This document shows, piece by piece, positions 25,182 through 34,690 of a stretch of DNA of 64,000 nt. Source of the DNA: Dehalococcoidia bacterium (GTDB taxonomy: Bacteria > Chloroflexota > Dehalococcoidia > GIF9 > UBA5629). Under the pieces are notes generated by a model, which was not told the DNA's origin, did no database searches, and worked only from the letters and a program-made list of their open reading frames with translations. The position numbers and the translations under genes are program-made. The stretch covers positions 192,001-256,000 of the forward strand of contig JBEKIW010000002.1 of NCBI GenBank assembly GCA_050011565.1, in the 5' to 3' direction. The stretch's first letter is position 1. Each line of letters begins with the position of its first letter.

Positions 25182-27842
25182 GTGGAACAATACAAACTGT
25201 TTATTGATGGTAAATTTGTCGACGCCGCAGATGGAAAGACCTTCGAGACAATTGACCCCGGCACTGAGACGCCCATAGCCACAGTAGCGCAGGCAGGACA
25301 GGATGACGCGGAGGCGGCTATTGCAGCCGCACGTAAGGCTTTCGACAGAGGCGATTGGAGTGGACTTTCCCCATCGGCCCGTGCAGCAAAAGTCCAGGAT
25401 TTTGCCGACCAGGTTGCGCAGCAAGGGCTACGCTTGGCTGCGACTGAATCCATGGATTCCGGCCAGATTTTATCGCTGGCCAAGTTCATGCCATTAATAA
25501 GTATCACCTTTTTACGTAATTTAAGCCTGGCGGCAGCCTCAAAATTTCCCTGGCAGGAGGAGATCCCGGTCTCAGGCAATGCGTTTGCTCCGGGCCGTGA
25601 ATATATCCGCAGAGAGCCGCTTGGTGTGTGTGTGGGAATAGTCCCCTGGAACTACCCTATGTACATTGCAATCTGGAAGATTACTCCCGCACTCTGCATG
25701 GGAAATACCATCGTTTTGAAACCGGCTTCATATACACCATTAACCGCTCTGATCTTAGCTGAAGCTGCCAAAGCAGCGGGCATCCCTGATGGAGTGTTCA
25801 ACGTCATAACCGGGCCCGGAGGAGAGCTGGGCAAAATCCTCTGCACCCATCCGGATGTGGATAAGATTGCCTTCACCGGCAGTACTGAGGTAGGACGCGA
25901 GATCATGAGACTGGCCTCCAGCACAGTGAAAAAGGTGACGCTCGAGCTCGGCGGAAAGTCGGCCAATATCATCCTGGATGATGCGGACATGGAGCTGGCC
26001 GTGGAGGGCGCCGTCTTCGGCACCTTCTTCCACCAGGGTCAGGTTTGCTCTGCAGGCACACGTGTGCTAGTTTCATCGAAGATATATGATCAGTTCATTG
26101 AGAGAATGAAAAAGCGGGCTGAGGCCTTACGCGTCGGATACCAAATGGATCCCAACTCTCACATAGGCCCGCTGATCAGCAAGGAGCAACTGGCCACAGT
26201 CGAACGTTATGTCAAAATCGGCAAGGAAGAGGGGGCGGAGCTTATCACAGGCGGCAAGCGCGCAGAAGTGCCCGGGATCAAGGGAGGATATTATTATGCT
26301 CCCACTATCTTTGTCAATGTAAATAACAAAATGCGTATTGCTCAGGAGGAGATATTCGGCCCGGTCGCCTGCGTTATTAAATACGACAGCGACGAAGAAG
26401 CGGTTGACATAGCCAACGATTCTATCTACGGCCTGGCAGGCGGCGTATTTTCCACCAACACCGCCAGGGCGGAGCGCGTAGCCCGCGGAGTCCGCACCGG
26501 TACGATGTGGATCAATAACTATCATATCTTTTCCGATTTCTGCCCTTTTGGCGGCTACAAGCAGTCCGGCATGGGCCGTGATTTTGGTATGGAAAGCCTC
26601 CATGAATATACCCAGGTCAAACGGATACATACTAGCTCTCTGGCCGACGCAAAGAGCAATATGTACTTCCAACTCCTGTCGGATTATAAAAAAGTGGACG
26701 GATTTTCATACCACTGTCCAACTAACGTAATAGCCAGCCATGGAGCTCTGGCATCAATCAGCAAGGCTGTTGTCGATCTTGGCTGCCACAGGGCTCTGAT
26801 TCTTACCGACCCTGGAGTCAGGAAAGCGGGATTAGCCCAGCTGGTGAAAGATGCCCTGGATGATTTTTGTGTTGGCATCTATGACAATATCACGTCGGAC
26901 CCCGATCTGGAAACAGTGGATGCAGCTACTGCCACGGCCCGCGAACTGAAGGCGGATTGCATCGTAAGCGTTGGCGGCGGCAGCGTTATAGATACCGCCA
27001 AGGGAGTCTGTGTAACCTTAAAGAATGGCGGCAAGGCAAACAATTACCTAAACTTCCTGGTACTTACTGAGCCACAAACTCCTCATATTGCTATTCCGAC
27101 AACAGCGGGAACCGGTAGTGAGGTAACAAATGAGGCCGTGCTGACCAGCCACGGCGCAGGCCGCAAGCTCTACATCGTTGACAATCGCATATTTCCGAAT
27201 GTGGCTATACTGGACCCTCGCTTCACCATGTCCCTGCCCAAGGATTTAACAGTTAGTACTGCCATGGATGCCATGACGCATGCCATCGAGGCAATGACCA
27301 GTACTATGGCTAATAAGATCTGTGACGGTATGGCCTTGCAGGCTATAAGGTTAATCAATGAAAACCTGCCGCTCGTCGTAGCCGATGGTACAAACGAAAA
27401 GGCTAGGCTGAATATGCAGCTGGCGGCCACTATGGCAGGATGGGCCTTTACTATCCCCCAGGTCGGCTTGGCACACGGTATGGCGCATACTATAGGGGCA
27501 CTTCACCATATCCCGCACGGAGTAGCTTGTGGCATTGTTCTTCCCAAGGTAATGCGGTACAACGTCGACCATGCAACTGACAAGCTAGCTCTGGTAGCAC
27601 AGGCTCTGGGCGTCAACATCACCAGCATCACAGAGCGTGATGCCGCGCTGGCAGCTGCTGACGCGGTGGAAGATTTGATGAAAAAGGTAGGACATCCAAT
27701 GAGGTTGCGTGATGTGGGCGTTCCGGAAGAAAACCTGGCCATATGCGCCTTTCATGCCATTGCCGATACGGCTGTCCTATTCAATGGTCGCCCTGTCAGT
27801 GACCCGAACGAAGTTCTGCAAATTTACACCCAGGCTTATTAG
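25182..27842 (+). CDS. Fusion of NAD-dependent aldehyde dehydrogenase and iron-containing alcohol dehydrogenase
   Basis: ALDH: PWNYP, FTGSTEVG, LELGGKS, GQVC, EEIFGPV, PFGGYKQSG; Fe-ADH: GGGSVIDTAK, PTTAGTGSE, DAMTHAIE, AHGMAH, PHG. Confidence 0.92.
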   Translation: MEQYKLFIDGKFVDAADGKTFETIDPGTETPIATVAQAGQDDAEAAIAAARKAFDRGDWSGLSPSARAAKVQDFADQVAQQGLRLAATESMDSGQILSLAKFMPLISITFLRNLSLAAASKFPWQEEIPVSGNAFAPGREYIRREPLGVCVGIVPWNYPMYIAIWKITPALCMGNTIVLKPASYTPLTALILAEAAKAAGIPDGVFNVITGPGGELGKILCTHPDVDKIAFTGSTEVGREIMRLASSTVKKVTLELGGKSANIILDDADMELAVEGAVFGTFFHQGQVCSAGTRVLVSSKIYDQFIERMKKRAEALRVGYQMDPNSHIGPLISKEQLATVERYVKIGKEEGAELITGGKRAEVPGIKGGYYYAPTIFVNVNNKMRIAQEEIFGPVACVIKYDSDEEAVDIANDSIYGLAGGVFSTNTARAERVARGVRTGTMWINNYHIFSDFCPFGGYKQSGMGRDFGMESLHEYTQVKRIHTSSLADAKSNMYFQLLSDYKKVDGFSYHCPTNVIASHGALASISKAVVDLGCHRALILTDPGVRKAGLAQLVKDALDDFCVGIYDNITSDPDLETVDAATATARELKADCIVSVGGGSVIDTAKGVCVTLKNGGKANNYLNFLVLTEPQTPHIAIPTTAGTGSEVTNEAVLTSHGAGRKLYIVDNRIFPNVAILDPRFTMSLPKDLTVSTAMDAMTHAIEAMTSTMANKICDGMALQAIRLINENLPLVVADGTNEKARLNMQLAATMAGWAFTIPQVGLAHGMAHTIGALHHIPHGVACGIVLPKVMRYNVDHATDKLALVAQALGVNITSITERDAALAAADAVEDLMKKVGHPMRLRDVGVPEENLAICAFHAIADTAVLFNGRPVSDPNEVLQIYTQAY

Positions 27843-27922
27843 AGATGGCGACCATAATATAGAGTTAACGAGTGAGCTAAATCAACCGGGTTCCACAGTA
27901 CCCGTTTGCTGAAAATGTTCTC

Positions 27923-28504
27923 CTAAGATTTAGCGGGGACCGCCCTGCTTATCTGAAATTGTTTCAGTACCATTAGCAGAATAAGAATAAGAGGATATAT
28001 TGCCAGAATAAGTGGTGCGTTCTGAAACAGGTATTGGACCAGAAGAACAATGGATAACGCAATAATTAAGATAGCAGTGCTCAGCCCTGATTTTCGTGTG
28101 ATAAGGAATTGAATGAAAACTACTGCTGCCACTGCTAGAAACTGCCACCATGCCAGGCAAACAAGCACTCCCCAAATCGTCGTGGCACCCAGTCCCCCTT
28201 TGAATTTCAAAAAGACGGACCAGTTGTGGCCGACCACTGCAGCAAAGCCGGCAATCATCACTACTATTAGAGATTCAGTGAGCATTCTGGCAATCAATAC
28301 AGCCAGAACTCCTTCGCCCACATCCATTATGACAACCAGCACAAAAGGAACAACGCCCAGCCTCTTATGTACTGCAGAGGCACTTATCCGGCCGTCAGCC
28401 TCTTCACGTAAATCTATCTTCCCCACTAGACGGCCGATGATGTAAGCGGAAGGAATTGAGCCCAATAGATAACCCAGCACTACTGCTATGGTCTCATTGA
28501 TCAA
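27923..28504 (-). CDS. plsY: Glycerol-3-phosphate acyltransferase PlsY-like
   Basis: GYLLGSIP, GHNWSVFLKFKGGLG; TTG start overlapping degV end. Confidence 0.88.
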   Translation of the reverse strand: MINETIAVVLGYLLGSIPSAYIIGRLVGKIDLREEADGRISASAVHKRLGVVPFVLVVIMDVGEGVLAVLIARMLTESLIVVMIAGFAAVVGHNWSVFLKFKGGLGATTIWGVLVCLAWWQFLAVAAVVFIQFLITRKSGLSTAILIIALSIVLLVQYLFQNAPLILAIYPLILILLMVLKQFQISRAVPAKS

Positions 28505-29363
28505 TGCGGTCTTCCTTGTAGTAAGCCAGGGCGAGTGTTCCAGGACCGGTAGCATAACCCATGACCGGGCTAAAGTCGGTAATGAATATCTCCACGCAAT
28601 TGAACTCAGCGGCTATTCTCTCTTTAAGTTCCCGGGCTTCTCCTAGGGCATCAGCATGCATCACCGCTACATGAACCGGCTCCGAATCAGCTATATGCTT
28701 TCTCATTATCTGGAGCATTTTTTCAACTCCACTCTGTTTAGTTCTAGCGGCAGCGGCAAAGTTAATACGCCCGTTGGAGCCGGTCAGAACGGGCTTAATG
28801 GAAAGCATGGAGCCTATATCAGAAGCAAGCTTTGGCATCCTGCCGGTTCTATAGACATGGCGGATAGTTTCCAGAAGGCCGATAAATTTCACCCGTCCTT
28901 TAACTTTCCTGGCTATAGCAATGACCTCATCAAAAGACCTGCCTTCAGCAGCCGCCCGCGCTGCTGCCAGAGCAATAAGTCCTTCAGCAGCCGCCACAGT
29001 TTCGCTATCGAGGACTTCGATAACAGTTTGAGGCGATTTCTCCTTGAATATTTCTTTAGCATTCTGGGCACTGGTGTAGAACATGCTCAACTTGGAAGAA
29101 ATGGTGACCACCAGTATATTTCGGGCATGCCTGCTGAGTTCCCGGTAGACATCAAGATAGTCCTCGGGGGAAGCTGCAGAACTTTTCCAGAATTCGGGGG
29201 ATTTTTTTAAAAACTCATAGGCCTGAGCCGAACTCAGGTCTATGAAGTCGCGATAAACCCGGCCGTTGAACAATATGTTGACCGGGATTATTTTAACCCC
29301 ATAGTCATCAACTTGTTTTTTCGTAATGCAGGCGATACTGTCAGCAATAATGGCGGTGTCCAA
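28494..29363 (-). CDS. DegV family fatty-acid-binding protein
   Basis: AIIADS, ISSKLS, VLDSE, TGR, LSIKPVL, PVMGYATGPG. Confidence 0.9.
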   Translation of the reverse strand: MDTAIIADSIACITKKQVDDYGVKIIPVNILFNGRVYRDFIDLSSAQAYEFLKKSPEFWKSSAASPEDYLDVYRELSRHARNILVVTISSKLSMFYTSAQNAKEIFKEKSPQTVIEVLDSETVAAAEGLIALAAARAAAEGRSFDEVIAIARKVKGRVKFIGLLETIRHVYRTGRMPKLASDIGSMLSIKPVLTGSNGRINFAAAARTKQSGVEKMLQIMRKHIADSEPVHVAVMHADALGEARELKERIAAEFNCVEIFITDFSPVMGYATGPGTLALAYYKEDRIDQ

Positions 29364-29636
29364 CGCAATAGCCCCTGTTATAAAAAGAAATAACGCAGGC
29401 AATTATAGTAAATAGTAAGAGTTCGCGCTATAGCACTTTCCTGGCTAAAAACAGAGTGGACATACATCGGATAACGAGGTTATGCTACCACGAGATATAG
29501 GTACTGTCAATGATACGTATTTGAAATTCAAGTGCGATGCGTATCAAGATTTGACCCGGCTTGCCTCAAAAAAGTATCCGGATAGTCTTGTTCCAATTTG
29601 CCCCGAATACGAGTTTGAAGTAAAATTCATATCTGT

Positions 29637-31940
29637 ATGGCTAAAGTTGAGACCATAGAATTAGCCCGGATTAGCGTTCGCGGCGTAGTCCAGGGAGTTG
29701 GCTTCAGACCCTTTGTCTTCCAGCTAGCCACAAAGTACGGCCTGAAAGGCTGGGTGTGCAATACTTCGGAAGACGTGAAGATTGAAGTTCAGGGGGATAG
29801 CCGTGACCTGGAGCATTTCGTTTCTGAGCTCCAGTATGATGCGCCGCCGCTAGCCCGTATAGAAAACGTCACAGTTACCCATCACCCAGCGGCAGACTAT
29901 ACCAGGTTTGAGATTCGGCGCAGCGTTGCCGAAGAAGGCAAGTATCAACTGGTGTCTCCGGATATTGCCACATGTCACGCCTGCCTCAAGGAAGTCTTTA
30001 CCCCCGAAAACAGGCGCTATCACTACCCGTTCACCAACTGCACCAACTGCGGGCCGCGCTTCACCATAATAGAGGACATACCTTACGACCGCCCCAAAAC
30101 CACCATGCGCTCTTTCACAATGTGTCCCGACTGCCAGGCAGAGTATGATAATCCGCTGGACCGCCGCTTTCATGCTCAGCCTAACGCCTGCCCCAAATGC
30201 GGACCAAGGCTGGAATTGCTCGACGCCAAAGGGAATCACATCGAAGCCACGGATGTTATCGCCGCTGCCAGCCAGCTTCTTAAACAGGGAAAAATCACGG
30301 CTATCAAGGGTCTGGGCGGCTTCCTTCTGGCTTGCGATGCTACCAGTGAGAAGGCAGTACAGCTTTTGCGACACAGAAAGAGACGTCCTTTCAAACCACT
30401 GGCTATAATGGTCTCTGACATAGACGAAGCTAAAAACTATTGCCGGGTATCGGAGGCAGAAGAAAAACTGCTCATGTCGTCGCAGAGCCCCATTGTACTG
30501 CTTCCGTGGAAGTCAGAGTCTACCGTATGCCGGGCCGTAGCCCCGAACCTAAAATATCTCGGTGTGATGCTGCCGTATACCCCCATGCACCACTTGTTGC
30601 TTAGAGAATCGAGATTGCCCCTGGTGATGACCAGCGGCAATATCAGCGAGGAGCCGATTTGTAAGGATAACGATGAAGCTCTCAGACGGCTCCCAGGGAT
30701 TGCTGACTACTTTCTGGTCCATAACCGCGATATATATGCCAGATATGATGACAGCGTAACCGTCGTGGAGAGAGGTGATGTCCAACTCACCCGGCGGGCA
30801 CGGGGCTATGCGCCGTTTCCTGCCCACCTGACTTTTAAAGCCAAAGAGGTACTCGGCTGTGGGGCCGAAGAGAAAAATACATTTTGTTTGACCAAGGACA
30901 ACTACGCTTTCATAAGCCAGCATATCGGCGACATGGAAAACATGGAAACCATGGAGCACTTCGAAAACACGCTGGCTCTGTATAAAAAGCTATTCCGCAT
31001 AGAGCCTGAAATCATTGCCTACGACCTCCATCCCGAATACCTTTCCACTAAATATGCCCTTGAGCTGGGTAGCCAGTCCAGCCATCTTAAGCTGGTCCCG
31101 GTGCAGCACCATCATGCCCACATCGTAAGCTGCATGGCGGACAATAAAATTGAATCTCCGGTTATCGGCGTGGCTCTGGACGGTACCGGCTATGGCAGCG
31201 ATGGACGCATATGGGGTGGTGAGTTTTTAGTCGCGGATTATAAAGGCTTCAAAAGGCTGGGACATTTAGAGTATTTACCCTTACCCGGTGGAGCCGCCGC
31301 TATAAAAAGGCCGTATCGAACCGCCATAGGCTATCTAACCAAGCTGCTGGGGGAAGACTCGCTCAGACCCAGGCTGGCTTTCTTAAAGCTAGTAGACGCT
31401 GTTGAAATCGAGGTTATCAAGCAGCAGCTCCAGGCCGGCCTTAATTCACCGCTGAATTCAAGTATGGGGCGTCTCTTCGATGCCGTTTCCGCCCTGACAG
31501 GAATCAGGGGCGAGATTGACTACGAAGGCCAGGCCGCCGTTGAACTTGAGATGGCAGCTTACGACGGTATCGATAAGGTCGGCGATAAAGGTTATCCATA
31601 TTCCATAATCGACGGTGACGGTGTAAACATCATACAGCTTAAGGAGCTGTTCTCAGCCATAGTCGAAGATTTATTTCAGGGCGTGTCTAAAGCCGCGATA
31701 TCAGTGAAGTTTCACAACACCGTAGCTCATATTATATTTGACATGTGCCAATTGATAGCTAAGAAGACCGGCATCAACCAGGTAGCCTTAAGCGGCGGCG
31801 TTTTCCAGAACCGGCTGCTATTCAGGAAGGTTGTACCGCTGATTGAATCGGCTGGCTTTTCCGTGCTGGTCCATAAGCAAGTACCGTGCAATGACGGCGG
31901 CATTTCTTTAGGCCAGGCTGTAATCGCTAATTTCAGTTGA
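29637..31940 (+). CDS. hypF: Carbamoyltransferase HypF
   Basis: GVVQGVGFRPF, CTNCGPRF, RRFHAQPNAC, QHHHA, PCNDGGISLGQ. Confidence 0.97.
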   Translation: MAKVETIELARISVRGVVQGVGFRPFVFQLATKYGLKGWVCNTSEDVKIEVQGDSRDLEHFVSELQYDAPPLARIENVTVTHHPAADYTRFEIRRSVAEEGKYQLVSPDIATCHACLKEVFTPENRRYHYPFTNCTNCGPRFTIIEDIPYDRPKTTMRSFTMCPDCQAEYDNPLDRRFHAQPNACPKCGPRLELLDAKGNHIEATDVIAAASQLLKQGKITAIKGLGGFLLACDATSEKAVQLLRHRKRRPFKPLAIMVSDIDEAKNYCRVSEAEEKLLMSSQSPIVLLPWKSESTVCRAVAPNLKYLGVMLPYTPMHHLLLRESRLPLVMTSGNISEEPICKDNDEALRRLPGIADYFLVHNRDIYARYDDSVTVVERGDVQLTRRARGYAPFPAHLTFKAKEVLGCGAEEKNTFCLTKDNYAFISQHIGDMENMETMEHFENTLALYKKLFRIEPEIIAYDLHPEYLSTKYALELGSQSSHLKLVPVQHHHAHIVSCMADNKIESPVIGVALDGTGYGSDGRIWGGEFLVADYKGFKRLGHLEYLPLPGGAAAIKRPYRTAIGYLTKLLGEDSLRPRLAFLKLVDAVEIEVIKQQLQAGLNSPLNSSMGRLFDAVSALTGIRGEIDYEGQAAVELEMAAYDGIDKVGDKGYPYSIIDGDGVNIIQLKELFSAIVEDLFQGVSKAAISVKFHNTVAHIIFDMCQLIAKKTGINQVALSGGVFQNRLLFRKVVPLIESAGFSVLVHKQVPCNDGGISLGQAVIANFS

Positions 31941-31951
31941 GGGGAAAAATT

Positions 31952-32179
31952 ATGTGTCTAGCTGTTCCGGTAAAGGTTGTTTCAATAGAGGGTAACGAAG
32001 CCGAGGTGGAAATCGGCGGTGTAAGACGTCGCGTCAGTATAGTACTCACTCCGGAAGCCAAGGTCGGTGACTACGTCCTGCTCCACACCGGCTACGCCAT
32101 AAACGTCGTCAATGAAGCTGAAGCGCAAGAGACCCTGAAGATCTTAGAAGAGATGGCAAGTTTAGATGAAGTTCATTGA
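31952..32179 (+). CDS. hypC: Hydrogenase chaperone HypC
   Basis: MCLAVP, VGDYVLLHTGYAI. Confidence 0.97.
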   Translation: MCLAVPVKVVSIEGNEAEVEIGGVRRRVSIVLTPEAKVGDYVLLHTGYAINVVNEAEAQETLKILEEMASLDEVH

Positions 32180-33251
32180 CGAATTCCGTGATGTCGAGCT
32201 GGCAAAAAAGCTGGTAAACAGGATAAAACAGCTATCGACCAGACCGACCAGATTGATGGAGTTCTGCGGCGGCCATACCGTTTCCATCATGAGGAGCGGT
32301 CTACGCCAGCTACTGCCGCCCACCGTCGAAATGCTCTCCGGCCCGGGCTGCCCGGTATGCGTTACGGCCAATGCCGACATCGACAAGTCTATTGCTCTGG
32401 CCAGTCTGCCGGATGTCATCATCACTACCTTCGGCGATATGATGAAAGTGCCCGGCAGCTACTCCAGCCTGCAGCAAGCCAGAGCCACAGAAGCGGATAT
32501 ACGCATCGTATATTCCACTCAGGACGCGCTACAAATCGCCAGAGACAACCCGACGCAGTCCGTCATCTTTATCGGCATCGGCTTCGAGACCACTGCCCCG
32601 ACCATTGCCGCTTCTATACTTCAGGCGGAAAATGAAGGAATCAAAAACTACTATGTCCTTTGCCTGTCCAAACTGTGCCCGCCGATAATGAAAGCTCTGC
32701 TTGATTTGGGTGAGCTCAAGCTGGACGGCATAATCTGTCCCGGACATGTCAGCGTTATAATCGGCTCCCGCCCTTATGAATTCATACCCCGCGAATACGG
32801 CGTTGCCTGCGTCGTCTCCGGCTTCGAGCCGCTGGACATACTGCTCTCAGTAGAGATGCTGGTAGAGCAAATCGAAAGCGGCAAGCCAAAGGTGGAGATA
32901 GCCTATCGACGTGGTGTAAAGCCTGAAGGTAACAAAACGGCATTGGAGTTGATGGATCGCGTTTTTGAAGTTGACAGCGCCGACTGGCGGGGCATAGGTG
33001 TGGTGCCGGCCAGCGGGTTAAAGATAAGGAAAAAATTCGAGCGCTTCGATGCCGAGCAAGCTTTCTCAATAACCCTGGAGCCCGTCCGAGAGGCAAAGGG
33101 ATGTATCTGCGGCGATATACTGCGCGGCGTAAAGATACCAATCGACTGCAAGCTATTCCGCAAGGCCTGTACACCGGAACACCCGGTCGGGCCCTGCATG
33201 GTATCTTCCGAAGGTTCCTGCGCCGCTTATTATCAATATGAAACTGTTTAG
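32166..33251 (+). CDS. hypD: Hydrogenase maturation protein HypD
   Basis: MEFCGGHT, GPGCPVC, GFETTAP, PGHVS, GPCMVSSEGSCAA. Confidence 0.97.
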   Translation: MKFIDEFRDVELAKKLVNRIKQLSTRPTRLMEFCGGHTVSIMRSGLRQLLPPTVEMLSGPGCPVCVTANADIDKSIALASLPDVIITTFGDMMKVPGSYSSLQQARATEADIRIVYSTQDALQIARDNPTQSVIFIGIGFETTAPTIAASILQAENEGIKNYYVLCLSKLCPPIMKALLDLGELKLDGIICPGHVSVIIGSRPYEFIPREYGVACVVSGFEPLDILLSVEMLVEQIESGKPKVEIAYRRGVKPEGNKTALELMDRVFEVDSADWRGIGVVPASGLKIRKKFERFDAEQAFSITLEPVREAKGCICGDILRGVKIPIDCKLFRKACTPEHPVGPCMVSSEGSCAAYYQYETV

Positions 33252-33253
33252 CA

Positions 33254-33298
33254 ACCTCACCCCCTTAATCTCCCCCTCCTTTGTAAGGAGAGGGAGAA
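33254..33298. repeat. REP-like palindrome
   Basis: cctcaccccc...ctccccctcct ttgta aggagagggag between hypD and hypE. Confidence 0.6.
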
Positions 33299-33350
33299 GA
33301 GTGGACTGGACCTGTCCATACATGTCTTAGTATCAATACGGGACTGAATA

Positions 33351-34358
33351 ATGAATGATGAAACCATCTTGCTGGCCCACGGCAGCGGCAGCCGGCTAAG
33401 TCACGACCTGATTGAGAAAAATTTCCTGCCGCCGCTAACTAATCCGCTATTAGCCAGGCTGGATGATTCGGCGGTTTTCGACCTCAGCGGTCGCCTCGCC
33501 TTCACCACCGACAGCTACGTGGTCAGCCCTATCTTCTTCCCCGGCGGCGATATCGGCAAGCTGGCTGTCTGCGGTACCGTCAACGACTTATCTATGAGCG
33601 GAGCTGCGCCGCTTTACTTGAGCCTGTCCTTCATAATAGAAGAAGGCTTAACAATTGGCAAACTGAAAAAGGTGGTCGGTTCCATAAAAGCAGCGGCTGA
33701 AGAAGCCGGCGTAAATATAGTCACCGGCGATACCAAGGTGGTAAACCGCGGCAGCGCCGATAAGCTGTTCATCAACACCTCCGGCATCGGCATCATCCCT
33801 GAAGGCGTAGATATATCCGGGGCTAATGCCAAATTGGGAGATAAAATTATCCTCAGCGGCACCATCGGCGACCACGGCATTGCCGTGATGAGCCAGCGAG
33901 AAGGGCTCAAGTTCTCAGTGCCCGTCCAAAGCGATTGCGCCCCGCTTAACAAACTGGTGTCGCAGATGCTTGAAGCCTCGCGACGTATTCACTGCCTGCG
34001 TGACCCAACCCGAGGCGGCTTAGCCACGACGCTTAATGAATTCGCCAGGCAGTCTGGAGTCGGCATCAGGATAGAAGAGGAGAAGATTCCGGTGCTCGAT
34101 GCTGTTCGAGCCGCCTGCGAGCTTCTCGGTTTCGACCCGCTGTATGTGGCCAATGAAGGCAAGCTCGTGGCTATAGTGGCGCCAAACGATGCTGGGAAAA
34201 TTCTGGCCAGGATGAAGCGGAATAAGTATGGCGCCGACGCTGCCGTCATCGGCGAGGTAACCGATGAGCATAAAGGCAAGGTCATATTGAAGACGCGGCT
34301 TGGTGCCTCCCGCATCGTCGACATGTTAAGCGGCGAACTGCTGCCCCGCATTTGCTAA
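33351..34358 (+). CDS. hypE: Hydrogenase maturation protein HypE
   Basis: LAHGSG, TTDSYVV, GTVNDL, TGDTKVV, RDPTRGG, C-terminal PRIC. Confidence 0.97.
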   Translation: MNDETILLAHGSGSRLSHDLIEKNFLPPLTNPLLARLDDSAVFDLSGRLAFTTDSYVVSPIFFPGGDIGKLAVCGTVNDLSMSGAAPLYLSLSFIIEEGLTIGKLKKVVGSIKAAAEEAGVNIVTGDTKVVNRGSADKLFINTSGIGIIPEGVDISGANAKLGDKIILSGTIGDHGIAVMSQREGLKFSVPVQSDCAPLNKLVSQMLEASRRIHCLRDPTRGGLATTLNEFARQSGVGIRIEEEKIPVLDAVRAACELLGFDPLYVANEGKLVAIVAPNDAGKILARMKRNKYGADAAVIGEVTDEHKGKVILKTRLGASRIVDMLSGELLPRIC

Positions 34359-34462
34359 GTACGGTCAGTCCTCCCAGTATTTGGATAACTAAGGTGTGGA
34401 CAATCTACGCATAAACTTTTGATTACGGTTCTTCGTTTCTAGTTAAGAAAGGAGGTCTCCAA

Positions 34463-34603
34463 ATGCAAGCCTACTGTGTCAAATGCCGCACCAAAAGAGA
34501 AATGAGCAATCCGAGGGCAGTCAAGATGAAAAACGGTAAGCCGGCTACCCAGGGTGTTTGCCCCAGATGCGGCACCAAGATGTTCCGAATAGGACAGAGC
34601 TAA
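34463..34603 (+). CDS. DUF5679-type small zinc-ribbon protein, 46 aa (not in ORF track)
   Basis: RBS aaggaggt; MQAYCVKCRTKREMSNPRAVKMKNGKPATQGVCPRCGTKMFRIGQS. Confidence 0.88.
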   Translation: MQAYCVKCRTKREMSNPRAVKMKNGKPATQGVCPRCGTKMFRIGQS

Positions 34604-34627
34604 ACATCCAACCTGTCAGAAATGATT

Positions 34628-34658
34628 GAAGCCGGGTATTTTCAGGATGCCCGGCTTC
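34628..34658. terminator. Hairpin terminator between convergent genes
   Basis: gaagccgggtatt ttcag gatgcccggcttc. Confidence 0.65.
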
Positions 34659-34690
34659 TCATTTTCGAATAGCATATCTAGGAAAAAATC

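Noticed and set aside
25182-27842. Gene symbol adhE
   Set aside because: The N-terminal domain has non-acylating ALDH motifs, not the acylating AdhE domain
29510-29547. Inverted repeat tgatacgtat...atgcgtatca upstream of hypF as a NikR site
   Set aside because: Half-site sequence and spacing do not match NikR operators I know; single instance
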